Source of the DNA: Candidatus Enterousia intestinigallinarum
Lineage (GTDB): Bacteria > Pseudomonadota > Alphaproteobacteria > Rs-D84
Direction: 5' to 3'
Assembly: GCA_018716885.1 (NCBI GenBank)
Contig: DVJI01000012.1
Location: 78,050-142,049 of the forward strand
DNA length: 64,000 bases
Shown: piece by piece, positions 49,662 to 58,799 of the stretch
How positions within the stretch are numbered: position 1 is the stretch's first letter
How the letters are laid out: each line of letters opens with the position of its first letter
Notes under the pieces: generated by a model
What the model saw: only the letters and a program-made list of their open reading frames with translations
What the model was told of the DNA's origin: nothing
Database searches by the model: none
Translations under genes and position numbers: made by a program

Positions 49662-52052
49662 TTACAGCAACGGCGGGAAACAATCGCCACCGGCTTCTGG
49701 GCAACAGTTGAATCCCATATCACCCATATCGGTATAAACTTCACCAGTGCAGCACCCGTTCACGTCCGGCGCCGTACCGTCTGGACAGGTCGGCAAATCT
49801 TCAACCGTATCCGACCATACCACGGACGTTACAGATTGCGGAACATATCCGTCATCGGACGCCACCGATGCTTGGGATGAATTTAATCCGGATTGATTTT
49901 CCACCGGCGCGCTGACAATCGACGGACCGACTGTATCAACGGCCTGCATATTATTTTGACGCAATGTTTCGGTATCGTAATTTTCATCTGCGACAAACAT
50001 ATTTTCATTTTGTGAAACGTTATATGCCGGCTTGCTGGCCAAAATTTCTTCTTCAGTTGGAATTTCCGGCTTTGGTTCAGTGCTTGAAACTGGTGTGGTT
50101 ACGGCGACAGATTCAACAACCACATCAGCTGCTGGCACTTGTTCAGCAACCGTTTCTGGTGTATCAACAGGTTCCGGTTCTGGTTCTGTCACTGGTTCTG
50201 GTTCCGGAATTTCCACGGGAGCCGGTTCTTCCACAACAGGTTCCGGTTCGGGTTCTTCCACAGGAACGGGCACTGTTATTTGCGTTTCAACAGTTTCAAC
50301 TGCGGCCGGCGTTTCCAATTCCGGTATAAACGGACTGTCCGCATCAGTTAAATCATCTGCCTGTGCGGTTTCCGTTGTGGTTGGCACTGTTGCGGTTAAA
50401 TCAGGTGCATTTTCACTGGTGTTCTTTTGATACAACCACAATGTAAATATAGACAACCCAATCAACAACACCAACATTATATAATAAACTAATGTAGGTT
50501 TACGCGGTGCTGGATTACTTGGCGCCACATTACCAGTAATCGGCGACACAGGACGCGGCGCGGACGCAGCAGCCGAAACAGTTGACGCCGGCGGGACAGG
50601 GCGCGCCCCTGCATCTACCGCTGGCGACGCCGTGGCGGGCGCCTGGGGTTCTGGATTTTGTGCCGCTGGCAGCGGTTCAGATTCTGCATCTGGTACAACT
50701 GGCGAAATATTCGGCACCAGTTCAGAATCTAATTGTTGGGCAGAATTATCCGCGGCCGTCGGCATATTCACGGACGTAATTGTATCCAAAACCGGTGTTG
50801 TTGCTTTTTCATCTGATACACGCGGTGCTTCTTCACCAGTTACAGGTCTGACATTTATTGGCGCGTTGTCCGCACGCTTATCAGACGGTGGTGTGAACGA
50901 CAACGGTTTGTCATCAATAATATTTTCATACACTTCCGGATTGTCGGTAACCGGACTTGTTTCATCAGACACCGGACTGGAAACACCAAACTCAATCGGC
51001 TTAAACGCGATTTCTTCGTCCAATATTTCCGGGTCTTTATCAAACAGTGGTTTTACCGCATCATTATTTGTTTCATCGGCCATTATTTCCGCCTTTGGTT
51101 CTTCATTTATATTTTCTGTAAATTCCACGCGTTCTTCTTCATCAACAGGCATACGTGCAACCACATCATCATCAGACGCCACGGCCGCAACACTGGTATG
51201 TGCAGGCGCACCAACCGCAGTTGATTCAACAGGCGCAGAATCACCGGCCACGGATTCTTTGTCATCCGTATCAAAATCCACATCCGTATCATAAGACACA
51301 TTGTATGTTGTTGTAACCGATGGAATAGCATCGTGTGCCTGCGGGGCATCGACATCACGCACAACAGCAACCGGTGCACGCGCCAAAATTTCACGCGCAA
51401 TTTGTGCATCTTCGTCCGCAACAATCAGGCGCCGCTGTGCATTATCCAGACGTTTTTTTGCACGACGCAGTTTTTCATTTGTTGCATCAATCTGCGCATC
51501 CGTACGCAATATTTTAGACGCCGACTTTTTTGTCGGTTCACGTCCGACCTGTTTTTTCTGTTGCGACAACTTGGCCCGCAACTGGCGTAATTTCGTTTGC
51601 AGTTCGGCAATGCTTTCACGTGTTCTGACGATTGTTTCGCGTGCAGTTTCGGCATTTGCATCTGCAACGGCCAAACGTTCCGTCGCTGCGCGCCGGACGG
51701 AATCTTCACGAAAAGCAGTCAGTGCCGTCAGCGCCGCCGTCAAATCATCGCCATTTTCATATGCGTTGATTAAATTGTCGTATTCAGCCAAGCCGCTGTA
51801 TTCAATATCTAACTTTTGATATTTATTATTTTTCTTTGGGCGCACAGTTTCCAAATCAACGTTATAATCATTGGCCAAAATGTCATCCCATTTGCGGTCA
51901 CCAACCGGATTTATCACCAAAAGAGCATTTGGCTTGCGATCGTCCAGCGTGCTGTCCAAAACAAACACCAACTTATCATCGGCATCATAATACGCACGCA
52001 ACACGTTTCCGGCGATATTGTATTCCCTGAACGTCAAAACAGATTTATCCAT
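49662..52052 (-). CDS. Single-transmembrane protein (796 aa): cytoplasmic coiled-coil N-domain, one transmembrane helix, periplasmic acidic Pro/Glu-rich repeats and a Cys-rich C-terminal knot
   Basis: Ribosome-binding site (GAGAGGGAAAA) then ATG. Heptad-like region LRQLRAKLSQQKK...LRRAKKRLDNAQRRL. Transmembrane helix LVYYIMLVLLIGLSIFTLWLY. Repeat run EPEPEPVVEEPAPVEIPEPEPVTEPEPEPV. C-terminus CPDGTAPDVNGCCTGEVYTDMGDMGFNCCPEAGGDCF. Confidence 0.6.
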   Translation of the reverse strand: MDKSVLTFREYNIAGNVLRAYYDADDKLVFVLDSTLDDRKPNALLVINPVGDRKWDDILANDYNVDLETVRPKKNNKYQKLDIEYSGLAEYDNLINAYENGDDLTAALTALTAFREDSVRRAATERLAVADANAETARETIVRTRESIAELQTKLRQLRAKLSQQKKQVGREPTKKSASKILRTDAQIDATNEKLRRAKKRLDNAQRRLIVADEDAQIAREILARAPVAVVRDVDAPQAHDAIPSVTTTYNVSYDTDVDFDTDDKESVAGDSAPVESTAVGAPAHTSVAAVASDDDVVARMPVDEEERVEFTENINEEPKAEIMADETNNDAVKPLFDKDPEILDEEIAFKPIEFGVSSPVSDETSPVTDNPEVYENIIDDKPLSFTPPSDKRADNAPINVRPVTGEEAPRVSDEKATTPVLDTITSVNMPTAADNSAQQLDSELVPNISPVVPDAESEPLPAAQNPEPQAPATASPAVDAGARPVPPASTVSAAASAPRPVSPITGNVAPSNPAPRKPTLVYYIMLVLLIGLSIFTLWLYQKNTSENAPDLTATVPTTTETAQADDLTDADSPFIPELETPAAVETVETQITVPVPVEEPEPEPVVEEPAPVEIPEPEPVTEPEPEPVDTPETVAEQVPAADVVVESVAVTTPVSSTEPKPEIPTEEEILASKPAYNVSQNENMFVADENYDTETLRQNNMQAVDTVGPSIVSAPVENQSGLNSSQASVASDDGYVPQSVTSVVWSDTVEDLPTCPDGTAPDVNGCCTGEVYTDMGDMGFNCCPEAGGDCFPPLL

Positions 52053-52092
52053 TTTTCCCTCTCACTTTACTCGCGTCCAACGATAGTGCGCG

Positions 52093-52665
52093 TTATGCCT
52101 GCTTTTTCTTTGGTGGCGTGAACTGATACGCCTGTTTACAGTGCTCGTAACAATACGGCTTGCCAACAAACACCGGTGCCCCACAGAAATGAAAACCTTC
52201 GGAATCTGGGTCACCTATTGGCCAACGACACTGGTTTGGTTTCAAATTTGCCATTTCCAAAGAATGCTGAATAATCCGCTGATGCATCGCCAGATTTTTC
52301 GTCATTGATTTGGCACCGGTGGCCGGGGACGAAGTTTTCTTTTCCACCGGTTTTACCGGTTTAGTGACTGACTTTTTAGCAGCGGCCCCCGTACGCGATG
52401 TGGTCGCCAGCTTTTTTGCAGCACCACGTGTCGCCGTGGTCTTTTTAGCAGTTGACTTAGCAGCCGATTTTTTCGCTTCTGCTTTTTTTGGTTTATCCGC
52501 CGCCGCAACACCACCGGCCTTGGAATTCCAGCCCAAACGGTTCAATTTGCCAACAACGGCATTTTTACTCATCCCCAGACGTTTACCAATTTCAGCCGTG
52601 GACAGCCCCTTGCCGGTCAGCGCCTTTAACTTTTTAAGTGTTGCGTTATCCCAACCTTTACTCAT
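52093..52665 (-). CDS. gcrA: Cell-cycle transcriptional regulator GcrA
   Basis: N-terminus MSKGWDNATLKKLKALTGKGLSTAEIGKRLGMSKNAVVGKLNRLGW and C-terminus ...CRWPIGDPDSEGFHFCGA...GKPYCYEHCKQAYQ are the conserved GcrA signature. Confidence 0.85.
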   Translation of the reverse strand: MSKGWDNATLKKLKALTGKGLSTAEIGKRLGMSKNAVVGKLNRLGWNSKAGGVAAADKPKKAEAKKSAAKSTAKKTTATRGAAKKLATTSRTGAAAKKSVTKPVKPVEKKTSSPATGAKSMTKNLAMHQRIIQHSLEMANLKPNQCRWPIGDPDSEGFHFCGAPVFVGKPYCYEHCKQAYQFTPPKKKQA

Positions 52666-52738
52666 TTCAAAAAATCCTTGTTATATATAACGTCATAATT
52701 GTAACATAATTTCGAATCGAAAGGCAAGGGGGAAAAAT

Positions 52739-53215
52739 ATGATTTACAATATCTTTTTCATTGTGCTGTTGGCGGTGGCGGCCATATGCGCGTGGCGTAT
52801 TTGCGTTGCCGATTGGCGCCGTCGAATAATACCAGATGCGTATTTGTTCCCGCTGCTGTTGATTGGATTGATTATAACGCACTTTTTCCCGTGGCCGACA
52901 TCCCCCGCCGACGGGGTAATTGCGGCAATATTCGGATATGCACTGGCCGCGTGTGTTGGGTTTATTTTTGACGTTCGTCAACGTCACCAGAATAAACCGA
53001 ACGTCGCGCCTGCACCAATCGGTATGGGCGATATAAAACTGATGGCGGCGGGCGGAATATGGTTGGGGACAGTTGGACTAGCCGTGGCACTGATTGTCGC
53101 GTGCGTGGCCGGAATAGTATGGGGATTGCGCCGGAAACAAAAATATATCCCGTTTGCACCGTTCTTTATTATTGGTGGAATTTTGTCTTTAATTACAATG
53201 GTGTTTTTGATATAA
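52739..53215 (+). CDS. cpaA: Type IV prepilin peptidase, CpaA/TadV-like (A24 family)
   Basis: 158-aa polytopic membrane protein with CpaA-like Asp-containing motifs (ADWRRRIIPD...GMGDIKLMAAGG). Confidence 0.6.
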   Translation: MIYNIFFIVLLAVAAICAWRICVADWRRRIIPDAYLFPLLLIGLIITHFFPWPTSPADGVIAAIFGYALAACVGFIFDVRQRHQNKPNVAPAPIGMGDIKLMAAGGIWLGTVGLAVALIVACVAGIVWGLRRKQKYIPFAPFFIIGGILSLITMVFLI

Positions 53216-53235
53216 TAATCTAAAAACAGGGAATA

Positions 53236-54144
53236 ATGGACAGAGAAATGAAATCGAAAATATTATCCATAATCGGTGCCGTATTCGGTCTGGGGGCAAT
53301 GCCGGCAATGGCAACGACATTTCCGACAACCACAACGCCTTTTTCACAATATGGCCAAATTCAAAATGTTCAAAATTATTCATCAAATCCATTTTGGAAC
53401 CCGAACAGCCCGTATAACCAGCGTATGCCCGTACCAGTTTATGTTCAGGGTACCGATGTGGATACAAACGATTGTCAAACGGTTGTTGGGGCATTGGTGT
53501 CGGCATATTGTGCATCGCGCAACAACTGTGTTGGGATTGACGTTGACGACGCGCGCCCGACGTTGACCGTACAGTTGGCCAGTTTGCCTAACCATAACTA
53601 TGTCACACCGTGTGCTGGATATATCGACACGGAATTCAGCAAATATGTATCCCAAAATGCACTGGCCGTACCGACGGGCGGGGCGGTTGCATTTCCAACG
53701 GCAACAACACCAAACACAAACACGAACAGCCAACCGGCGGAATTTCAAAACCCATATCAGCAGCAATTACCAACCTGGAACGGCGAACCGTGGATGCAGG
53801 ATATGCTTGAACGCAAACAGGAATTGGAACAACTGCAATCTGCGACCACTGGTGGCGATACAACATTGGCACGTGCTGACTTTCCGTCATCGGCATCAGA
53901 TTTGACATTTACCCAGCGGATTCAAAACGACGCGGCGGGCTATGCACCATACACGGGCAAATCTGCATACCGTACAATCAACATAGAAAGTGAAGAGGCA
54001 TACCAACAGCGTACAAATGCATATTGCTCATCTGAAATTGCCAAACTTACAACAATTGATACAGACCTGGCAACACTATACAAATGTAAAAACGACGGAA
54101 CTCCGTTCAACGATTGCAAAAAATTATTAAAGGGAATTTATTAA
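53236..54144 (+). CDS. Secreted Gln/Asn/Pro/Thr-rich protein with Cys pairs (302 aa), uncharacterised
   Basis: Signal peptide MKSKILSIIGAVFGLGAMPAMA. First of four consecutive exported-protein genes after cpaA. Confidence 0.5.
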   Translation: MDREMKSKILSIIGAVFGLGAMPAMATTFPTTTTPFSQYGQIQNVQNYSSNPFWNPNSPYNQRMPVPVYVQGTDVDTNDCQTVVGALVSAYCASRNNCVGIDVDDARPTLTVQLASLPNHNYVTPCAGYIDTEFSKYVSQNALAVPTGGAVAFPTATTPNTNTNSQPAEFQNPYQQQLPTWNGEPWMQDMLERKQELEQLQSATTGGDTTLARADFPSSASDLTFTQRIQNDAAGYAPYTGKSAYRTINIESEEAYQQRTNAYCSSEIAKLTTIDTDLATLYKCKNDGTPFNDCKKLLKGIY

Positions 54145-54146
54145 AA

Positions 54147-55244
54147 ATGCGCAAAAATTTGGCCGTCTTTTTTGCCACAGTTGCATTGTTATTCGTTGCA
54201 GATGATGCAAATGCTTTGATGTGGAACGACCCTGGCGTAACCCCGGTGCAGAGTATTTCTGATCACCGTTGGCGTGACGCGAACACCGGTCGCCTGATAA
54301 ATGTTACGGGTATGCCAAATGCAACCCCCACACCAACACCAACGCCAACTCCCGCACCTGCACCTGCACCAACACCAACCCCCACCCCAACTCCTTCTCC
54401 GGCACCGACCCCAAGTCCTGCACCAAGTTCGTCTGGCACTACGACGCCACGCACAAATTGGGGCAGTATGTCAAAGGCTGCAAGGGCGGGCGCCGCACTG
54501 GGTATTGTCGGTGGCGCAGCCGGCGTATATGCATCAACCGCGGGCCAGGGCGAGCACAGTGGTTGGAATGTTGCCGGTGGCGCGGCCAGTGGTGCAATTG
54601 CCGGCGCATCAATTGGCAGTATATTCCCAGTAATCGGTACTGGTATCGGGGCAGCTGCTGGCGCGGTTATCGGTGGTTTAATATCTGGTTCCCAATTGTT
54701 TTCGGAAACAGATTGTCTTTATGACCCCGTGACAGGTATCTTTACTTGCTGTAATACGGTATTCAATCAAGGGGAACGCCAGGCAAATATCGGCGATTAT
54801 ATGTTTTGTGGCGTGGAACAGGATGGTACCAATGTTATCGCCGCACCGGGTGTCCGCCAATGTTTACAGGGAAAAATGAAAGACGAATCCACTTGGTCCG
54901 ATACCGCCGCGGGGTGGTGGGACGGAATGTGGGTTGATGATTTTTGGCAACCAGAATGCGTGGCTCGCTATTGTACGGAATCCGGCGCGCCGGCCGAAGG
55001 CATAGAATCATATATCGAATACATACCAGATACAACAAACTATTGTTGGAACTGGGATTGCGTTTCCGGCTATACGCGCAGTGGTAACACCTGTATCGCC
55101 GCATCAACAAACGAACCGGTCAACCCATACACAACACCAGAAAGCCCAAATGCAAACCCATACGATGTATTGATACAACAACTGCAGCAGTACCGCACAA
55201 ATATTATCAGAATGTGCGGATATATGTTGGGTACAAATAAATAA
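54147..55244 (+). CDS. Secreted protein with a Pro-Thr/Pro-Ala linker, a glycine-zipper segment and a Cys-rich C-terminal domain (about 365 aa)
   Basis: Signal peptide MRKNLAVFFATVALLFVADDANA. Linker PTPTPTPTPAPAPAPTPTPTPTPSPAPTPSPAPSS. Glycine-zipper GAALGIVGGAAG...GAIAGASIGS...GTGIGAAAGAVIGGLISG. 18 Cys in the C-terminal 170 aa. The ORF track extends the frame upstream to a TTG at 54114. Confidence 0.5.
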   Translation: MRKNLAVFFATVALLFVADDANALMWNDPGVTPVQSISDHRWRDANTGRLINVTGMPNATPTPTPTPTPAPAPAPTPTPTPTPSPAPTPSPAPSSSGTTTPRTNWGSMSKAARAGAALGIVGGAAGVYASTAGQGEHSGWNVAGGAASGAIAGASIGSIFPVIGTGIGAAAGAVIGGLISGSQLFSETDCLYDPVTGIFTCCNTVFNQGERQANIGDYMFCGVEQDGTNVIAAPGVRQCLQGKMKDESTWSDTAAGWWDGMWVDDFWQPECVARYCTESGAPAEGIESYIEYIPDTTNYCWNWDCVSGYTRSGNTCIAASTNEPVNPYTTPESPNANPYDVLIQQLQQYRTNIIRMCGYMLGTNK

Positions 55245-55251
55245 AATTTTT

Positions 55252-57036
55252 ATGCAAATTCGTATAATTGCATCTTTGGTAATTGCACTTTGCGCCACAC
55301 GTGTGGCGCTTTGTGCAGATGCACAAAACATCCCCGCGTCTGCATCAACAAACACAACTTCAATTATTGGCGACGGAACATCGGATTTTGGAACCGATTT
55401 TATACCGGCGTCTGAACTGCTGGCGCGCACCCCGGACGAAACACAGTGCGCAACGGCCGCGTTCGCGAATGCGCTGCGTGAAAACGCCGGTGCTGTTTCT
55501 GAAACAGATTCCGAAACGGATATACAAAAGTGGATATACCAGACCTTTAATAACGCCGATGTGTTACGTGCTGTATTGTCCTGTCCGGAAATTGCGTCAC
55601 GTGCAGACGACGAAACAATTAAATTTCTGCCGATAACATATACTTTTCCAGCGGGTCGTGAAATTGTTGTAAATTACGAAACACAGCCCAAAATATTAAA
55701 ACAGCGTGTAACACTGTCAGAAAAGCGTTCATTGCCGTCATCCGATCCAAACCCACGGGTCGGCGCACCTGATGACGATGCAATCTGGACAAATACCGAT
55801 CCCGCCTGGTACGGGATTATGGTGGTACAATCCGGAACACTGGATAACTTTGTCGGTCCAAACAAGAATAACACGATATCGCTAAAATATATAAATGATA
55901 ATATCGATACGTTATTTCCCCGGGGCAATCAGTGCACTGGTAAATCGGCACTGACAAATGATAACACTATGATAAATCGTGCAATGCGCGAAACGGTTGC
56001 ACTGGACGATGACACAAATGACTACTATGTTGCGGGTGACGCCAACCTACAATGGATTTCATATTTGGAAATCGGATTGGACGTTGCGATAACCGTTGCA
56101 ACAATGGGCGGTGGCACGGTTGTTCTGGGTGCGACCAAGGCCGCCCGCGCATCACGAACATTAAAGAATTTAAGTACCACATTGCGCACATTGCGCCAAA
56201 CGGATTCTGTGCGTGACTATGTACGTATCAGTCAACAGTATGCACGTGCCGCCGAAGAACTGCGCAATATTGACCGTGTGGCGGACGCGGCTGGTTACGC
56301 CCGCAAATCGGCCGAGGTCGAAAACTATGCCCGCACAATGCGCAGTTTGGAAAGTACCGACGACAATGTGCGCCAATATCGCCAGGCATCAGAAACATTT
56401 TCATCATTAAATCAATATCGACGTACACTGCGCGGATGGCGGATTCCGCAACGTGGCAATATTATTGCACGTACCTGGCGTGCGGTGCGCGCGGCAAATA
56501 CCGGCGCACAACAACTGCGCAGCGCGGCCCGTGTCGCGCGCAGCAGTACGCTGTCCGGACGTGTTCGCGACTGGCTGTTTCAATCAACATTGGCAAATGT
56601 CGGGGCACTGGCGCGTCTGGAACGTGCCGGCGGATTTATATACGGCGCGCTGAAGTTTGTTGGCGGTATGTATGACTGGACGGAAACAAGCACTGGTGAT
56701 TTCACCAGTGGTATAGAATTTAAGCCGTTGACATTATTGTCCGCCGACGATTTACAGGGTCAAGAAAATGTTATAAACCACGGAATGTGGTTGATGTGGG
56801 CGGGCGACGCATACACTGCCGCCGATGACGACGCCGCGTTTTTACAGGCAATGGATTTTGCAAACAAATTCCACTTTAACCTGGACACAATTCAGGCGGA
56901 CGAAAACAATCACGCGTGCGACGTTGATATTTATGTTGTGCGCCCGATTATACGAAACCCCGGATCGGATAATCCAGAATTATACTATCTGGTAATGAAC
57001 GATGAACCGTGGACGACACACAACACGGACGAATAA
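55252..57036 (+). CDS. Large secreted protein (594 aa) with short Arg/Tyr-containing internal repeats, uncharacterised
   Basis: Signal peptide MQIRIIASLVIALCATRVALCA. Repeats of about 25 aa of the form ..VRDYVRISQQYARAAEELRNID / ..AGYARKSAEVENYARTMRSLESTD / DNVRQYRQASETFSSLNQYRR. Confidence 0.5.
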   Translation: MQIRIIASLVIALCATRVALCADAQNIPASASTNTTSIIGDGTSDFGTDFIPASELLARTPDETQCATAAFANALRENAGAVSETDSETDIQKWIYQTFNNADVLRAVLSCPEIASRADDETIKFLPITYTFPAGREIVVNYETQPKILKQRVTLSEKRSLPSSDPNPRVGAPDDDAIWTNTDPAWYGIMVVQSGTLDNFVGPNKNNTISLKYINDNIDTLFPRGNQCTGKSALTNDNTMINRAMRETVALDDDTNDYYVAGDANLQWISYLEIGLDVAITVATMGGGTVVLGATKAARASRTLKNLSTTLRTLRQTDSVRDYVRISQQYARAAEELRNIDRVADAAGYARKSAEVENYARTMRSLESTDDNVRQYRQASETFSSLNQYRRTLRGWRIPQRGNIIARTWRAVRAANTGAQQLRSAARVARSSTLSGRVRDWLFQSTLANVGALARLERAGGFIYGALKFVGGMYDWTETSTGDFTSGIEFKPLTLLSADDLQGQENVINHGMWLMWAGDAYTAADDDAAFLQAMDFANKFHFNLDTIQADENNHACDVDIYVVRPIIRNPGSDNPELYYLVMNDEPWTTHNTDE

Positions 57037-57097
57037 TTACCCATTGTATTTTTTTACGCGACGACTTATAATAACAAATGAAAGGGGGCGCGTCGTT

Positions 57098-57418
57098 ATG
57101 TTAAAGAAACTATTATTAGCACTGTGTCTGGTCGGCGTTTCCGTCGGCGGTGCAAACGCTTATCAGTTATTGTCATCCAAAGAATTGGGCAAAAACGATG
57201 CCAAGAATCAAACGGTTGTTGTAAAATGCACAACCGATACGGGCAAAACGTCAAGTCAGACGTGTACACTGCGCCGCTATGCAAAGTGCACCGGCACTGG
57301 CACTAACAAGACCTGTAACGGTTGGCAGGCGTGGCAGGATTTACGCACCCCGAACAAAAAATATTCTGATTGGCGCAGTGCGGCATCCGCCTGTTGCCGT
57401 GCCAAGGGATTGCGTTAA
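57098..57418 (+). CDS. Small secreted Cys-rich protein (106 aa)
   Basis: Ribosome-binding site (aaaggggg) before MLKKLLLALCLVGVSVGGANA. 8 Cys. Terminator downstream. Confidence 0.5.
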   Translation: MLKKLLLALCLVGVSVGGANAYQLLSSKELGKNDAKNQTVVVKCTTDTGKTSSQTCTLRRYAKCTGTGTNKTCNGWQAWQDLRTPNKKYSDWRSAASACCRAKGLR

Positions 57419-57431
57419 ACCCATTTTCAAT

Positions 57432-57460
57432 AAAAACCCCGCCGAAATGGCGGGATTTTT
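57432..57460. terminator. Intrinsic terminator (aaaaaccccgccgaaatggcgggattttt)
   Basis: Hairpin plus T-run between the small secreted gene and tRNA-Val. Confidence 0.65.
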
Positions 57461-57467
57461 AATATTC

Positions 57468-57544
57468 TGGTGGATGTGATTGGACTCGAACCAACGACCT
57501 CTTCGATGTGAACGAAGCGCTCTAACCAACTGAGCTACACATCC
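57468..57544 (-). tRNA. tRNA-Val (anticodon CAC)
   Basis: Cloverleaf ggatgtgtagctcagttggttagagc... with anticodon loop ttcacat and a CCA end. Confidence 0.85.
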
Positions 57545-57690
57545 AAAAACAACGCCCCAAAACAAGGCGAACTGTATTCTAGCACCTTGGCAAATTCGGC
57601 GCAAGTAAAAAACATATACAAAAAGTTGATTTTTGTCATTATTCGTCTATCATTTCAAAAAACACCACTTTATACCAAGGGAGCACTTTG

Positions 57691-58581
57691 ATGAAAGGCA
57701 TCATTTTAGCGGGCGGCAGCGGAACACGTTTATACCCGTTGACCAAGACGACTTCAAAGCAGTTACTGCCCGTATATGACAAACCAATGATTTATTATCC
57801 TATGTCAACACTGATGCAGTTTGACATCCGCGATATTCTGATTATATCCACCCCCCAAGATACGCCGAACATTGAACGTCTGTTTGGCGATGGCAACACG
57901 CTGGGTATGAGCATCCATTACGAAATACAGCAACGCCCCCAGGGGATTGCCCAGGCATTCACCATTGGCGAAAAATTTATCAACAACCAAGACGTATGTC
58001 TGATTTTGGGCGATAACATATTCCATATGGGCGAACAGTTCCCCTGGTTCCGCAAAACGGTTCAGAAAAACCAGGGTCAACGCGCAACAATCTTTGCATA
58101 TCACGTATCTGACCCCGAAAGATTTGGTGTTGTTGAATTTGACGACAAACTGAACGCCGTATCAATCGAAGAAAAGCCCAAAAATCCAAAGTCAAACTTT
58201 GCGTCTGTTGGATTGTATTTCTATCCCGGCGACGTAGTTGAAAAGGCAAAATCATTAAAACCGTCTGCCCGCGGGGAATACGAAATCACCGATTTGAACA
58301 ATATGTACCTGGCGGAACACAGAATGTCCGTTGTACCGATGCAGCGCGGTAACGCGTGGTTGGACGCGGGTACGCCAAAAAGTTTGATGGATTCCAGCAA
58401 CTTTGTTCAAATTATGGAAGAACGCCAGGGGCTGAAAATCGCCTGTATCGAAGAAATCGCATATCGTCGCGGTTTTATCAATAAAAAACAGTTAAACCGC
58501 ATAATAGACGGCCTGAAAGACAGCGATTACAAGAAATACCTGATAAAAGTATCAATGGAAACAAAACACAGGTTATACTAA
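57691..58581 (+). CDS. rfbA: Glucose-1-phosphate thymidylyltransferase
   Basis: MKGIILAGGSGTRLYPLT...KQLLPVYDKPMIYYP is the RmlA signature. Ribosome-binding site (aagggag). Confidence 0.9.
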   Translation: MKGIILAGGSGTRLYPLTKTTSKQLLPVYDKPMIYYPMSTLMQFDIRDILIISTPQDTPNIERLFGDGNTLGMSIHYEIQQRPQGIAQAFTIGEKFINNQDVCLILGDNIFHMGEQFPWFRKTVQKNQGQRATIFAYHVSDPERFGVVEFDDKLNAVSIEEKPKNPKSNFASVGLYFYPGDVVEKAKSLKPSARGEYEITDLNNMYLAEHRMSVVPMQRGNAWLDAGTPKSLMDSSNFVQIMEERQGLKIACIEEIAYRRGFINKKQLNRIIDGLKDSDYKKYLIKVSMETKHRLY

Positions 58582-58634
58582 AAAACAAACGGGGCGAAAT
58601 TTTGCCCCGTTTGTTTATACAAATTTGATTGATT

Positions 58635-58721
58635 TGGTGGGGATAGTGGGACTCGAACCCACACGGTTGCAATAACCAAAGGATTTTAAGTCCTCAGCGT
58701 CTACCATTCCGCCATATCCCC
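58635..58721 (-). tRNA. tRNA-Leu (anticodon TAA)
   Basis: ggggatatggcggaatggtagacgc..., anticodon loop cttaaaa, a long variable arm and a CCA end. Confidence 0.85.
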
Positions 58722-58799
58722 GGACAACAAATCTGCCAAATATACTATCGCGCGACGGGCGCGCTTGTCAATATTTTTCTGAATATCTGGCGCGTTTTA

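Noticed and set aside
50032-50430. Gly/Ser-rich 132-aa ORF on the plus strand
   Set aside because: It is antisense to the Pro-Glu-repeat region of the 796-aa gene. The repetitive composition keeps the frame open artificially.
54301-54430. Repetitive 'acaccaaca / ccaactcc' DNA that might be mistaken for a CRISPR or tandem-repeat locus
   Set aside because: It lies inside a CDS and encodes a Pro-Thr/Pro-Ala linker. The repeats are imperfect and without spacers.
57341-57604. 87-aa ORF on the minus strand
   Set aside because: It overlaps tRNA-Val and its terminator. It is spurious.
7313-58618. Recurring 'aaaacggggca..tgccccgtttt' sequences (7313, 10363, 14755, 58581) as a possible dispersed repeat or mobile-element family
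   Set aside because: Each sits at a gene 3' end between convergent or tandem genes and has hairpin plus T-tract structure. They are ordinary intrinsic terminators that share a GC-clamp core.
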